DNA of 64,000 bases from Elusimicrobiota bacterium (GTDB lineage: Bacteria; Elusimicrobiota; Elusimicrobia; Elusimicrobiales; UBA9959), in assembly GCA_036574205.1 (NCBI GenBank), contig JAINCQ010000018.1, positions 32,001 to 96,000 on the forward strand, in the 5' to 3' direction. The position numbers were made by a program, and so were the translations under genes. The notes under the pieces were generated by a model. That model was not told where the DNA came from. It saw nothing but the letters and a program-made list of their open reading frames with translations, and ran no database searches. Numbering within the stretch: position 1 is the stretch's first letter; each line of letters opens with the position of its first letter. Of this stretch, positions 38,221-48,068 are shown in pieces.

Positions 38221-40458
38221 TTATTTTGGTGAAGAACTTTCAAGAGCATTTAAATATTCTTCTATTTTTTCAAAGTATATCTGCCATTTATTAGTTCCCT
38301 CTGGTTTATATATAAAACCTTTTACTTCAAGAAGACTTAACAAGTTGGTAGCTCTTGCAGAAGATCCAAAATGCGCTTTTAGCAGATCCTGAGAAACCCT
38401 TCTTCTTTCAAGTATAAGTCTTAAAGCAGTTATAAGTTCTTCTGAGCTTGATCCCTTTCCGTCAAAAGTTGTTTCTTCTTCTCTATATATGGTATAGCTG
38501 GGACCGCCCTGCTGTTTTAAAAACTCCACTACTCTTGATATCTCATCTTCGCTTACATAACATCCCTGTATCCTTTCCGGCTTGCTTTTATTTGGACCAA
38601 GAAACAGCATATCTCCTTTACCTATAAGCGATTCCGCGCCAGGACAATCTATTATAACCCTTGAGTCTACCTTGGAACTTACCTGTAAGGCAACTCTTGA
38701 AGGGAGATTAGCCTTTATTACGCCAGTTATAACATCAACCGAAGGCCTTTGTGTCGCAAGAACTAGATGAATTCCAACGGCTCTCGCCATTTGAGTCAGC
38801 CTTTGAATAGACTCCTCTACAACATTTTTCGCCTGAAGCATAAGGTCAGCAAGTTCATCTATTACAACTATTATGTAAAATTCAGTTGGTTGATTATTTG
38901 AAATAGCCCATTTATTGTATGATTGTATGTTTTTTACCCTTGCCTTTTCAAATTTTTTATATCTGCTTTCCATTACTCTTGTAAGAGCAACCAGGGTTTT
39001 TGAGGCTTCCTTTGGATCTGTTATAACTCTAACCTTATCAGGGGTAGTTCTGGGATCGTAAAGATATGGTATATTTTCATAGGAAGTTAGTTCAAGCCGT
39101 TTTGGATCTATGAAGACAAATTTTATCTCATCGGGAGTGTTTTTATAAATAAGCGATATAATTAATGATTGTAAAAATACACTTTTTCCGCTTCCTGTAG
39201 CCCCTGCTACAAGCATATGAGGCATTTCTTCAAGATTTGCTATAGCCACAGATCCTTCGCTATGTCTTCCCATAACAAAGGTAAGCGGATGAGGTGAAGA
39301 GTTAAACTCAGGAGATTCTATTATTTCTCTTAAGGTTACAACGCTTCTTTTTGAGTTCGGTATTTCAAATCCTATGGCTGATTTTCCGGGTATTGGGGCT
39401 ATGGCTCGTATTGATCCTATTGACTTCATAGCAAGCGCTATATCATTTGAAAGGGATACTATGGAATTTATTTTAACCCCCGGGGAAGGGGTTATCTCAT
39501 ATCTTGTTATAACAGGTCCCGGATATACACCAGATATATATGCTGATATATTAAAATTTTTTAATGTTTCTTCAAGTTTTGTTTTTGCCTCTTGAATCTC
39601 ATTATTGTCAGGTAGATATATATTTGAATTTTTACTTTTTGAAAGGAGGTCTATAGATGGATTTTTAAAGTTCTTAAAATCAAGAAACTCTCTTTTTTTG
39701 ATAATTTCATTTTTTGGTTTTTTTTCCTGTTTTTGTTCTTTTGTGTTTTCGTTGCTATTTTTTTTGTTAATTTCATCTGTGGTTTGTTGAGTTTGTGAAG
39801 ATTTAAGTGGTAGGTCTTGCTGGATTTGTTCATTTTTATTTTTAATAGGCTGAACCAAGATGGTTTTTTCTCCAGCTCTTTCTTTTTCATTTATTATTTT
39901 TTTGCGTGTGTCAAATTCTGCTTTTGCTTTCTTCCACTCATCCCAGTCTTTTTCTAATACCAATTTCGCTTTTTCAAAAACCTTACTCCATTTTATCTCA
40001 AATATTATATTAACTCCCAGGATAATAAAACCAATTGAGAATATCGCTGATCCCGCCTCGCCGAAAAGTTTTATCATAACCGAGTCTAAAAAATATCCCA
40101 GCCATCCGCCGTTTAATGGATAGTTTGTATAGTTATAAATCCTTTCAAAAAAGGCTGATACAAAAGAAAGAGTAAAAAATATTCCAGCAAGCATTGAAAA
40201 TAAACCTTTATTTGGCTTTCCAAGTTTCAAAAGTATTCTTGTCAAACCATAAAAAAATAGAAAAGGAAATAAGTATACACTGTGTCCTATAAATGCGGAA
40301 AGTTTATCAAAAACAAACCTTCCCAGTATACCTTTTTGTGATGGATTTATTATAATCCAGAATATCCAGACTGAAAAAAATATAGAAATAGTCCAGTAAA
40401 CAATATTGGAAAAGCTTTGAGATTTACTGTTTTTTTTTGTGTATAACTTATGACTCAT
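38221..40458 (-). CDS. ftsK: DNA translocase FtsK
   Basis: N-terminal TM domain, GPVITRYE, PHMLVAGATGSGKS, VIDELADLM, ATQRPSVDVITG. Confidence 0.96.
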   Translation of the reverse strand: MSHKLYTKKNSKSQSFSNIVYWTISIFFSVWIFWIIINPSQKGILGRFVFDKLSAFIGHSVYLFPFLFFYGLTRILLKLGKPNKGLFSMLAGIFFTLSFVSAFFERIYNYTNYPLNGGWLGYFLDSVMIKLFGEAGSAIFSIGFIILGVNIIFEIKWSKVFEKAKLVLEKDWDEWKKAKAEFDTRKKIINEKERAGEKTILVQPIKNKNEQIQQDLPLKSSQTQQTTDEINKKNSNENTKEQKQEKKPKNEIIKKREFLDFKNFKNPSIDLLSKSKNSNIYLPDNNEIQEAKTKLEETLKNFNISAYISGVYPGPVITRYEITPSPGVKINSIVSLSNDIALAMKSIGSIRAIAPIPGKSAIGFEIPNSKRSVVTLREIIESPEFNSSPHPLTFVMGRHSEGSVAIANLEEMPHMLVAGATGSGKSVFLQSLIISLIYKNTPDEIKFVFIDPKRLELTSYENIPYLYDPRTTPDKVRVITDPKEASKTLVALTRVMESRYKKFEKARVKNIQSYNKWAISNNQPTEFYIIVVIDELADLMLQAKNVVEESIQRLTQMARAVGIHLVLATQRPSVDVITGVIKANLPSRVALQVSSKVDSRVIIDCPGAESLIGKGDMLFLGPNKSKPERIQGCYVSEDEISRVVEFLKQQGGPSYTIYREEETTFDGKGSSSEELITALRLILERRRVSQDLLKAHFGSSARATNLLSLLEVKGFIYKPEGTNKWQIYFEKIEEYLNALESSSPK

Positions 40459-40669
40459 TTTTAAGATTTACTTTATATATTAGGTTTTCAAGCGTCATTT
40501 TTATTTTTTTCTGAGCCAGGAGATACCCTAAGGAAAGATATAACTCAGAGCTTGAAATTCTAAGCTTTAATTTTATTTCCCATGAGGAAAGCATAGGTTC
40601 TTTTGAAAGAAGTTCCAGTATTTTTAATGTATTATCCTCTATTTTTTTGCTTATTTCTTCGTCGCTCAT
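40448..40669 (-). CDS. Small winged-helix-like hypothetical protein
   Basis: Overlaps accB and ftsK; wHTH-like pattern (EIK.KL.ISSSELYLSLG.L....KI). Confidence 0.6.
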   Translation of the reverse strand: MSDEEISKKIEDNTLKILELLSKEPMLSSWEIKLKLRISSSELYLSLGYLLAQKKIKMTLENLIYKVNLKNES

Positions 40670-41148
40670 ACTTTTTCAACAATAAATAAATTATCCCCTT
40701 CATTTACAAATTTTCCATTTTCAGCCACACATTTAAGTATTTTACATTTAAATTCAGTTTTTATTTCGTTAAAAACCTTCATTGCCTCCACAAGGCACAC
40801 AACGCTGTTTGCTTCAACTATATCCCCTTCCCTTACATATGGTGGGCTTGATGGAGAGGAAGCTCTGTAAAAAATACCAGACATTGGAGCTTTTATAGTA
40901 AGACCATTTATCTGTTCTGTCGCGGGTTTTGAGGGAGTTGCTGATGGTTGAAAATTTTGAACTTGTTGTGGCGCTGCCATTGTTGGTAATATATGAATAT
41001 TTTGTGAATTGGCTGATTTTCTAACAAGTTTTATGTGATCATTCCCGCTTGAGAACTCTATAATATCAAGGTTATTTTTTACCATAAAATCATATGCTTC
41101 TTTTATTTCCTCAAGATATCCGGCAGTTTCTTTTTTTGATTTTTCCAT
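40666..41148 (-). CDS. accB: Acetyl-CoA carboxylase biotin carboxyl carrier protein
   Basis: APMSGIFYR, VEAMKVFNEI. Confidence 0.95.
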   Translation of the reverse strand: MEKSKKETAGYLEEIKEAYDFMVKNNLDIIEFSSGNDHIKLVRKSANSQNIHILPTMAAPQQVQNFQPSATPSKPATEQINGLTIKAPMSGIFYRASSPSSPPYVREGDIVEANSVVCLVEAMKVFNEIKTEFKCKILKCVAENGKFVNEGDNLFIVEKV

Positions 41149-41156
41149 TATGCCTC

Positions 41157-43259
41157 CTATTTTTTCAGAAGGATTTTCCTTGAAAGTTTTATTTTGCCAG
41201 TATCATCCATATCTATAACCTTTACATCAACAATATCTCCTACTTTTAAAACATCTTCAACTTTTCTTATTCTTTTATTATCTATCTCTGAAATATGAAG
41301 AAGTCCTATCTTTCCGGGCAAAATTTCAATAAGCGCTCCAAAATCTCTTATTTCAACAACCTTTCCTTTATATACTTTTCCATTTTCTACCTCTTCTACA
41401 ATTGATTCTACCATTATCTTTGCCTGTTCTATTGCCTTCTGGTCTGAACCTGAGATAAAAACATAGCCATCGTCGTTTATTTCCACATTTGCCCCCGTGG
41501 CCTCTATTATTCCTTTTATGGTTTTTCCTCCGCTTCCTATTACCATTCCGATTTTTTCTCTTGGGATCATAATCCTGACTATTTTAGGAGCATAACTGGA
41601 TATGCTTGATTTGGGGGCAGGAATTTCTTTTTCCATTAAATCAAGTATATGATTTATTCCTCGTATTGCCTGTTCCATTGCCTGGCTTAATATATTTATT
41701 GGAATCCCTTTTTCAAGTTTAACATCCATCTGAAAAGCGGTTATTCCTTTTCTTGTTCCAGCAAGTTTGAAATCCATATCTCCGAAATGATCTTCCAGTC
41801 CTGCTATATCCGAAAGCACAGCATATCGTTCTTTATCGGTAATCAATCCCATAGCAATTCCAGCGCATGCTGATTTCATTGGTACCCCCGCGTCAAAAAG
41901 CGACAAGGAACCTCCACAAACAGTTGCCATAGAGGAAGAGCCATTTGATTCAAGTATGTCGGAAACTATTCTTATCGTGTATGGAAATTCTTCTTCTGAT
42001 GGAATAAGTGGCAAAAGAGCTCTTTTTGCAAGATTTCCATGCCCTATCTCCCTTCTTGAAGGGCCCCTGTCTGGTTTAATATCTCCTGTTGAAAATCCAG
42101 GAAAGTTATAGTGAAGCATAAACCTGTCAAGAGTTTTTCCCTCAAGTTCATCAAGTATTTGCTGATCTTCCTGGGTTCCTAACGTGGTTGTTGCTATTGT
42201 TTGCGTTTCTCCACGTGTGAAAAGCGCTGATCCATGAGTTCTTGGAAGATATCCTACTTTAATAAATATGTTCCTTATTTCATCATATCTTCGCCCATCT
42301 ATTCTTATCTTCCTTTCAAGGACTATTTCCCTTGATATTTTATAAACTATTTCTTCTATTAAAGTTTTAACCTGATAGGATATTGTTTCATCATCTGGAA
42401 ATATCTCCTTAAATTTTATTGAAAGATTCTCAACTATTGAACTGATTTTCTCATTAGTTTGTTTTTTTGAAGGTGTTGATTCAAGAAAACTTTTTAACTC
42501 TATTTCGATATTTTTTACTTCGTTTCTTATCTCTTCTCTAATTGTAGGAATTTTTACTTCAAATTTATTCTTAGAGATTTTTTTTGCAAAATTTGTTTGC
42601 AATTCACAGAGTTTTTTAATCTCCTGTTGGGCTACTTTCATAGCTTCAAGTATCTCGGAATGAGGGACTTGATTAGCTCCACCTTCTACCATAAGTATGT
42701 TGTCTGATGTTCCAGCCACAACAAGTTCAAGTATAGCATTTTTTCTTTCATCAAATGACGGATTTATGACAAAATCATTTCCAATTTTAGCTATTCTTAC
42801 CGCTCCCACCGGACCATTGAAGGGTATATCTGATATCATAAGAGATAAAGAAGCAGAGTTTATAGAAAGGACATCGGTATCTTTTTCACCGTCGCTTGAA
42901 AGAACCATAGATACTACCTGTGTTTCAGTATTATAATAATCGGGAAAAAGAGGTCTTATGGCTCTGTCGCATAATCTTCCAGCAAGTATTTCTTTCTCTC
43001 TTGGTTTCCCCTCTCTTTTAAAAAATCCTCCAGGTATTTTTCCGGCGGCATAAGTTCTTTCCTTATATTCTACCGTTAATGGCACAAATTCAGGCGGTTC
43101 TGTTCTTGGCTTTGAAGCTGCAACACAAGCGCTTAAAACTATATTATCACCCAGTCTTATAATAGCTGAACCGTTGGCCTGTTTGGCTATTAGCCCGGAT
43201 TCAAAACATATTATATCCCTTCCTATAGGGATTTCCATCCTCGTAATTTTACTCTCCAT
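41157..43259 (-). CDS. pnp: Polyribonucleotide nucleotidyltransferase
   Basis: AAGKIPGGFFKREG, HGSALFTRGETQ, ESNGSSSMA, KH and S1 domains. Confidence 0.98.
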   Translation of the reverse strand: MESKITRMEIPIGRDIICFESGLIAKQANGSAIIRLGDNIVLSACVAASKPRTEPPEFVPLTVEYKERTYAAGKIPGGFFKREGKPREKEILAGRLCDRAIRPLFPDYYNTETQVVSMVLSSDGEKDTDVLSINSASLSLMISDIPFNGPVGAVRIAKIGNDFVINPSFDERKNAILELVVAGTSDNILMVEGGANQVPHSEILEAMKVAQQEIKKLCELQTNFAKKISKNKFEVKIPTIREEIRNEVKNIEIELKSFLESTPSKKQTNEKISSIVENLSIKFKEIFPDDETISYQVKTLIEEIVYKISREIVLERKIRIDGRRYDEIRNIFIKVGYLPRTHGSALFTRGETQTIATTTLGTQEDQQILDELEGKTLDRFMLHYNFPGFSTGDIKPDRGPSRREIGHGNLAKRALLPLIPSEEEFPYTIRIVSDILESNGSSSMATVCGGSLSLFDAGVPMKSACAGIAMGLITDKERYAVLSDIAGLEDHFGDMDFKLAGTRKGITAFQMDVKLEKGIPINILSQAMEQAIRGINHILDLMEKEIPAPKSSISSYAPKIVRIMIPREKIGMVIGSGGKTIKGIIEATGANVEINDDGYVFISGSDQKAIEQAKIMVESIVEEVENGKVYKGKVVEIRDFGALIEILPGKIGLLHISEIDNKRIRKVEDVLKVGDIVDVKVIDMDDTGKIKLSRKILLKK

Positions 43260-43262
43260 AAT

Positions 43263-43532
43263 TTATTTCCTTAAACCAAGTTGTTCAACAATTTTTTTGT
43301 ATTCTTCTTTGGAATTTTTTTCAAGATATGAAAGAAGTCCCTTTCTTCTTGATATCAATATAGAAAGGGTTCTTTTTGAACTGAAATCCTTAGGTCTGGT
43401 GGATAAATGTTGGGATAGATGGTTTATTCTTTCTGTAAGAATAGCTATCTGAACTTGAGGGGAACCACTGTCCTTGGAATTTTTTCCATATTTTTCAATT
43501 ATTTTGTTATTTTCTATTTTTGTTGTTGACAT
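43263..43532 (-). CDS. rpsO: 30S ribosomal protein S15
   Basis: DSGSPQVQIAILTERI..L..HL, LGLRK; upstream of pnp. Confidence 0.97.
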   Translation of the reverse strand: MSTTKIENNKIIEKYGKNSKDSGSPQVQIAILTERINHLSQHLSTRPKDFSSKRTLSILISRRKGLLSYLEKNSKEEYKKIVEQLGLRK

Positions 43533-43705
43533 AATGCACCTCTTTTTCTAATTTCGATTAAAAATCTGAACACCTCCACTTACTTAATATATAAGCGGAT
43601 TTCAAACAACTGCTTATAGATTTATTATAACAAAAAAAAGTCAAAACTGCAAAATTAATTTGATTTTTTTGAAGAAAATATGTATATTTTATATAGGAGG
43701 ATACA

Positions 43706-44167
43706 ATGAGTAAAGTAAAAGTATTTGTTAGTACATTGCTTCTTTCTGCTTCTTTTTCCTTGAACCTTCTGGCTTTTGAAGGTGCTTTTAAAAATACAGC
43801 ATCTTCTGGAAAATCAGTCACTTTAAGCGGATATCTGTCTTTAAGTGGCTTGGCATATGTTCCTTCCAATAATAGTTATGTAACTGCTTATCTTAATGGC
43901 TGGCTATCAATGAGAGATTCATCTGGAAATTATTATACCAATAACACTTATCTTAACGTTCAGGTGAGTTTTTGGGCATCTTCAAATTATGTCTATACAA
44001 CCGCTTATCCAAATACCTATTTGACTGTTTATAATAAGGAAGGTAAAGTTGTAGGTTCTGGATATTTAAATCAGGGAATTGGTGTAAGTGGATGGATAAA
44101 CGGAAATTATGTTAATCTTAACGGCTCAGGTTATGTCTCAATGACTGTTTATGTGAACGAAGATTGA
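43706..44167 (+). CDS. Hypothetical exported beta-strand-rich protein
   Basis: AGGAGG RBS, signal peptide, mature part rich in Y/N/S/G/T/V with few charges. Confidence 0.75.
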   Translation: MSKVKVFVSTLLLSASFSLNLLAFEGAFKNTASSGKSVTLSGYLSLSGLAYVPSNNSYVTAYLNGWLSMRDSSGNYYTNNTYLNVQVSFWASSNYVYTTAYPNTYLTVYNKEGKVVGSGYLNQGIGVSGWINGNYVNLNGSGYVSMTVYVNED

Positions 44168-44261
44168 ATTTTTTAAGTTTATAATTTTATAATAAAGAAT
44201 TATCTAAATCTAACTCATTTTGAGATATGTGTATTTTAAAATATTTTAGCAGGGAGTTTTT

Positions 44262-45707
44262 ATGAGTGAAATTTCTGCGATCATGAATAAAAGCAAAAAA
44301 AATTTTACAAAGCAAGATATTGTAAAGTTTATAAAAAAAAGGGGTATAAGAGTCGTTAATTTCAGATATATTGCTTCAGATGGAAGGCTTAAAACTCTTA
44401 ATATTCCAGCATCGGATCCGAAACATCTTGATAGAATACTTTCCTGTGGAGAGCGAGTTGATGGTTCAAGCCTGTTTAAAGATATAGATCCATCTTCAAG
44501 CGATCTTTATATTGTGCCTATTTATTCTACTATTTTTGAAAACCCATTTTCTGAGATTCCTGGTGTAGATATAATTTGCAATTTTTTTAACAAAAATGGA
44601 TCGCTTTTTGAATCTGCGCCTGATAATATTTTAAGAAAAGCGCAGAGAAAATTTGAAGAAATAACGGGGTATGAAATAAAAATGTTTGGAGAGCTAGAAT
44701 ATTATGTTATATCCCCTAGAAACGAGTTATATCCGATGAGAGCTCAAAAAGGCTATCATGAAAGCTATCCTTTTAATAAATGGGAGAATTTGAGAGTTAA
44801 TGCTATGCATTTAATTCAAAATGTTGGAGCTTCAGTTAAATATGCTCACAGTGAGGTCGGATTTATAAGAACTGAGGACAGGGAGATGAGTCAAAATGAA
44901 ATAGAGTTTCTACCTGAGTCTCCTTTAGATAGCGCCTATCATCTTCTTATTGCAAAATGGATTCTTCATTCTTTAGGTAATAAATATGGAGTTATAATTA
45001 GTTTTGCCCCAAAAATTTCTATAGGACATGCAGGTTCAGGTCTCCATATACATAGTTGTATTTATAAAAATGGAAAAAATGTTATGATAAAGAATAACGT
45101 TCTTTCGGATGAAGCTTTAAAACTTATAGCGGGTTTTCTGCGCATTGCCAGATCAGCTACCGCCTTTGGAAACACTCTTCCAACATCTTATCTCAGGCTT
45201 GTCCCAAATCAGGAAGCTCCTGTTAAGATTTCATGGGGGTATAGAAACAGAAATGCTCTCATAAGAGTCCCATTGGGATGGGATGTTAGAAAGGATATGT
45301 CTAGTGAGATAAACCCTGGTGTGGTGCCTAAGTTATATTCTCATTCTCAGACAATAGAATTTAGATCGGGAGACGGTTCTGCCAATATACCGCTTTATCT
45401 TGCTTCTCTTATATGCGGTGCCATTAAAGGATTTTCTATGAAGGAATATAAAGAAATAGTTGATTCTCATTTCGTAGATGAAACAGTTAAAAAAGAGTTT
45501 GAGCCTCTTCCTTCTTCCTGTAATGAATCTGCATCACAATTGCTTAGGGAAAGGAAACTGTATGAAGAAAACTCAATTTTTCCCCCAAAACTCATAGATT
45601 CGGTCGCAAAAAAACTTCATTCTTATGATGATGCAAATTTGAGTGAGAAACTTTATGGTAAGGAAGAAGATATAAAAAAACTTGTTGAACAATATCTTTA
45701 TTGTTAG
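44262..45707 (+). CDS. glnA: Glutamine synthetase family protein
   Basis: DGSS, ELEYY, HSEVG, Q.EIEF, GSGLHIH, SYLRLVP.QEAP, NR.ALIRVP, IEFR. Confidence 0.9.
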   Translation: MSEISAIMNKSKKNFTKQDIVKFIKKRGIRVVNFRYIASDGRLKTLNIPASDPKHLDRILSCGERVDGSSLFKDIDPSSSDLYIVPIYSTIFENPFSEIPGVDIICNFFNKNGSLFESAPDNILRKAQRKFEEITGYEIKMFGELEYYVISPRNELYPMRAQKGYHESYPFNKWENLRVNAMHLIQNVGASVKYAHSEVGFIRTEDREMSQNEIEFLPESPLDSAYHLLIAKWILHSLGNKYGVIISFAPKISIGHAGSGLHIHSCIYKNGKNVMIKNNVLSDEALKLIAGFLRIARSATAFGNTLPTSYLRLVPNQEAPVKISWGYRNRNALIRVPLGWDVRKDMSSEINPGVVPKLYSHSQTIEFRSGDGSANIPLYLASLICGAIKGFSMKEYKEIVDSHFVDETVKKEFEPLPSSCNESASQLLRERKLYEENSIFPPKLIDSVAKKLHSYDDANLSEKLYGKEEDIKKLVEQYLYC

Positions 45708-45716
45708 GAGTTTTGA

Positions 45717-46886
45717 TTGCTTTTTTCTTTTAATTTTAAAAAAACTATTTTTTTGCTTTTATCTCTATTTCTTCTGATAATTTTAACGGCTATTTATTTG
45801 ATAAAAAAGGAAAAGATATCTACCATAATAGAAGATAAAAAGTTTAATTATCTTGAAGGGAATTTTGCAACTACACTTGAAAAAGAGTTGATTAGAAAAA
45901 ATGTTCAAAGATCAGATATAAATGGAATAATAAAAGCATATTCAGGTAATTTAGATTTTAAAAAGCTTGGTGAAAAGGATGATTATCTTATAACTCTTTC
46001 AAGCTCTGGAAATTTTATTTCAATGATAATAGATAAAGGTGAAACTTCTTATTCGGTTTTTAAATCAACTGATGGGTTTTTCAGTTTTCAAAAATCTGAA
46101 AATACAGTAAGGTTAACCACATACTCAGTTGAAGGAGAGATTAAAAGCGTTTTATGGAACTCAATGGTTGCAAAAAAGATACCAAGTGATATAATTTTAA
46201 ATTTTGCGGATATTTTTGCATGGCAGATAGATTTTTTGACTGAGGTTAGAGATGGAGATAGGTTTAAGGTGGTATATTATGTCAAAGAAAATCTTAAAGG
46301 AAAAGTTATAGAAAGAAAAGTTATAGGTGGAGTTTATGATGGAGTTGAGACTGGAAAGAATATAATGATTTACTTTAAAGGTGAATATTATAATGAAAAA
46401 GGTGAAGGAGCAAAATCAATGTTTTTAAAAGCGCCATTACAATATAGAAGAATATCATCCTATTTTACCTATAAACGTTTTCATCCAGTATTAAGATATG
46501 TAAGACCTCATCTTGGAATTGATTATGCTGCGCCAACTGGCACGCCGGTTTCAGCAGTGGCTGATGGAGTTGTGGTATATAAGGGATGGAATGGAGGATA
46601 TGGAAATTTTATTGAGATAAAACACAGTATGGGATATAGCACATCATATGGACATCTTTCAAGATATGCAAAAAATATATATGTTGGGAAAAAAGTAAAA
46701 CAGGGGGAGGTTATAGGATATGTTGGCGCAACCGGACTTGCTACAGGCCCCCATCTTGATTTCAGGATAAAGCAAGGTAATACGTTTATAAATTATTTGA
46801 AGATGAAAAGAAGAACAAATGTAAACCTTGACAAAAAATATCTCCCTGATCTTGAAAAAGCAATAAAAGATTTAGGACTGATTTAA
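45717..46886 (+). CDS. M23 family peptidoglycan DD-endopeptidase (MepM/Csd3-like)
   Basis: HLGIDYAAP.GTPV, YGHLS, TGPHLDFR. Confidence 0.92.
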   Translation: MLFSFNFKKTIFLLLSLFLLIILTAIYLIKKEKISTIIEDKKFNYLEGNFATTLEKELIRKNVQRSDINGIIKAYSGNLDFKKLGEKDDYLITLSSSGNFISMIIDKGETSYSVFKSTDGFFSFQKSENTVRLTTYSVEGEIKSVLWNSMVAKKIPSDIILNFADIFAWQIDFLTEVRDGDRFKVVYYVKENLKGKVIERKVIGGVYDGVETGKNIMIYFKGEYYNEKGEGAKSMFLKAPLQYRRISSYFTYKRFHPVLRYVRPHLGIDYAAPTGTPVSAVADGVVVYKGWNGGYGNFIEIKHSMGYSTSYGHLSRYAKNIYVGKKVKQGEVIGYVGATGLATGPHLDFRIKQGNTFINYLKMKRRTNVNLDKKYLPDLEKAIKDLGLI

Positions 46887-46966
46887 AAAATATTATAAAA
46901 TTCTGATATATTAATACTTTGTCTTTTTAACTTTATATGATTTAATTGCGAATTTATCTAAATTTT

Positions 46967-47359
46967 CTACTCTTTATTTTTTTCTTGAATCAAGTTACCC
47001 ATGAGTCCTGTTATAATTGCTGTAAGCGCTTTTTCTTCATCTTTGCCATTAATTTCAAGAGTTAGTTTAAGTTCCCGCTGTTCATAATCCGCTTTATCTA
47101 GCTCTTTAAGAATTTTTTCAAAATTTATTTCTTTTTCATATTTAACAGGAGAAGTTTTTTTCCTCTCTTTTAGATAGATAATACTAAATATATCTATCAA
47201 GCTCATCAAGTCTTTGGCGTCTCTTTTTGGATTATTTTCGTCTGGAACTATAACATAAATTTTTGATTCATAATTGTTTGCAATATTTGAAAGTTTGGCA
47301 AAAAATTGACACCAACAAGATTCATATTTTAGTTTGAAGTTAAATTCTCTTATAATCAT
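46967..47359 (-). CDS. Divergent HPr-like protein
   Basis: A..YES.IY, DAKDLMSL and LTLEINGKDEEKAL.AI align by eye with HPr; no His15 or Ser46; ~35-aa insertion. Confidence 0.6.
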   Translation of the reverse strand: MIIREFNFKLKYESCWCQFFAKLSNIANNYESKIYVIVPDENNPKRDAKDLMSLIDIFSIIYLKERKKTSPVKYEKEINFEKILKELDKADYEQRELKLTLEINGKDEEKALTAIITGLMGNLIQEKNKE

Positions 47360-47505
47360 AAATTAATTTTTATTTTACTATTTTAACAATATAAATAAAA
47401 TATTTCATATACCATTTTCTAAAGTGTTAAATCTTATTTTTAAAACATTTGAAAAATAATTTTATATTTTCCCCTCTAATTTATTATAAGTTATGAGCTA
47501 TTAAA

Positions 47506-48033
47506 TTAATTCAGAACCTTATTTATAGCTTCCTCTATACTATTGTTGTATTGTCTATCATACCCTGCCCATACCTTGAAAAGATTATGCGATTTATCAA
47601 GAAGATAAATGAATGGTACACCCGCAATACCATAGTTTTTAGCCGTTTCTCTCCCATTATATGCTAATCTAAAACTAATGTTATTTTCTTTTGCAAACTC
47701 CTGGGGGCTTGATTTATCATCCCTCGTTGAAATGCCTATAACAGCAAGCCCTTTTTCATTATATTTTTCATGCAAAGATTCAATATAAGGCGCAGCTTTT
47801 TTACAGTATGGGCATGTTTCGGTAAAAAACATAACAAGAACTGGTTTGCCTTTATAATCTTCTAATTTTATTTCACCCCCCTTGTAATCAGGAAGTCTAA
47901 AATAAAAATCGGTCTTTACGTAATCTGCTTGTTGTAACTGTGTGCCTTTATTTGTAGCAATTTCCATTTCCTTCTTTTTGCAGGAAAAAAGAAATGGAAT
48001 AACGACCGAGATTATTAAAAGTGTTTTCTTCAC
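47506..48033 (-). CDS. TlpA-like thioredoxin-fold lipoprotein
   Basis: Lipobox LFSC, CPYC, YGIAGVP; GGAGG RBS with GTG start. Confidence 0.88.
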   Translation of the reverse strand: MKKTLLIISVVIPFLFSCKKKEMEIATNKGTQLQQADYVKTDFYFRLPDYKGGEIKLEDYKGKPVLVMFFTETCPYCKKAAPYIESLHEKYNEKGLAVIGISTRDDKSSPQEFAKENNISFRLAYNGRETAKNYGIAGVPFIYLLDKSHNLFKVWAGYDRQYNNSIEEAINKVLN

Positions 48034-48068
48034 TTTTCCTCCTTAATTAAATCTAAAACTTGTTAATA

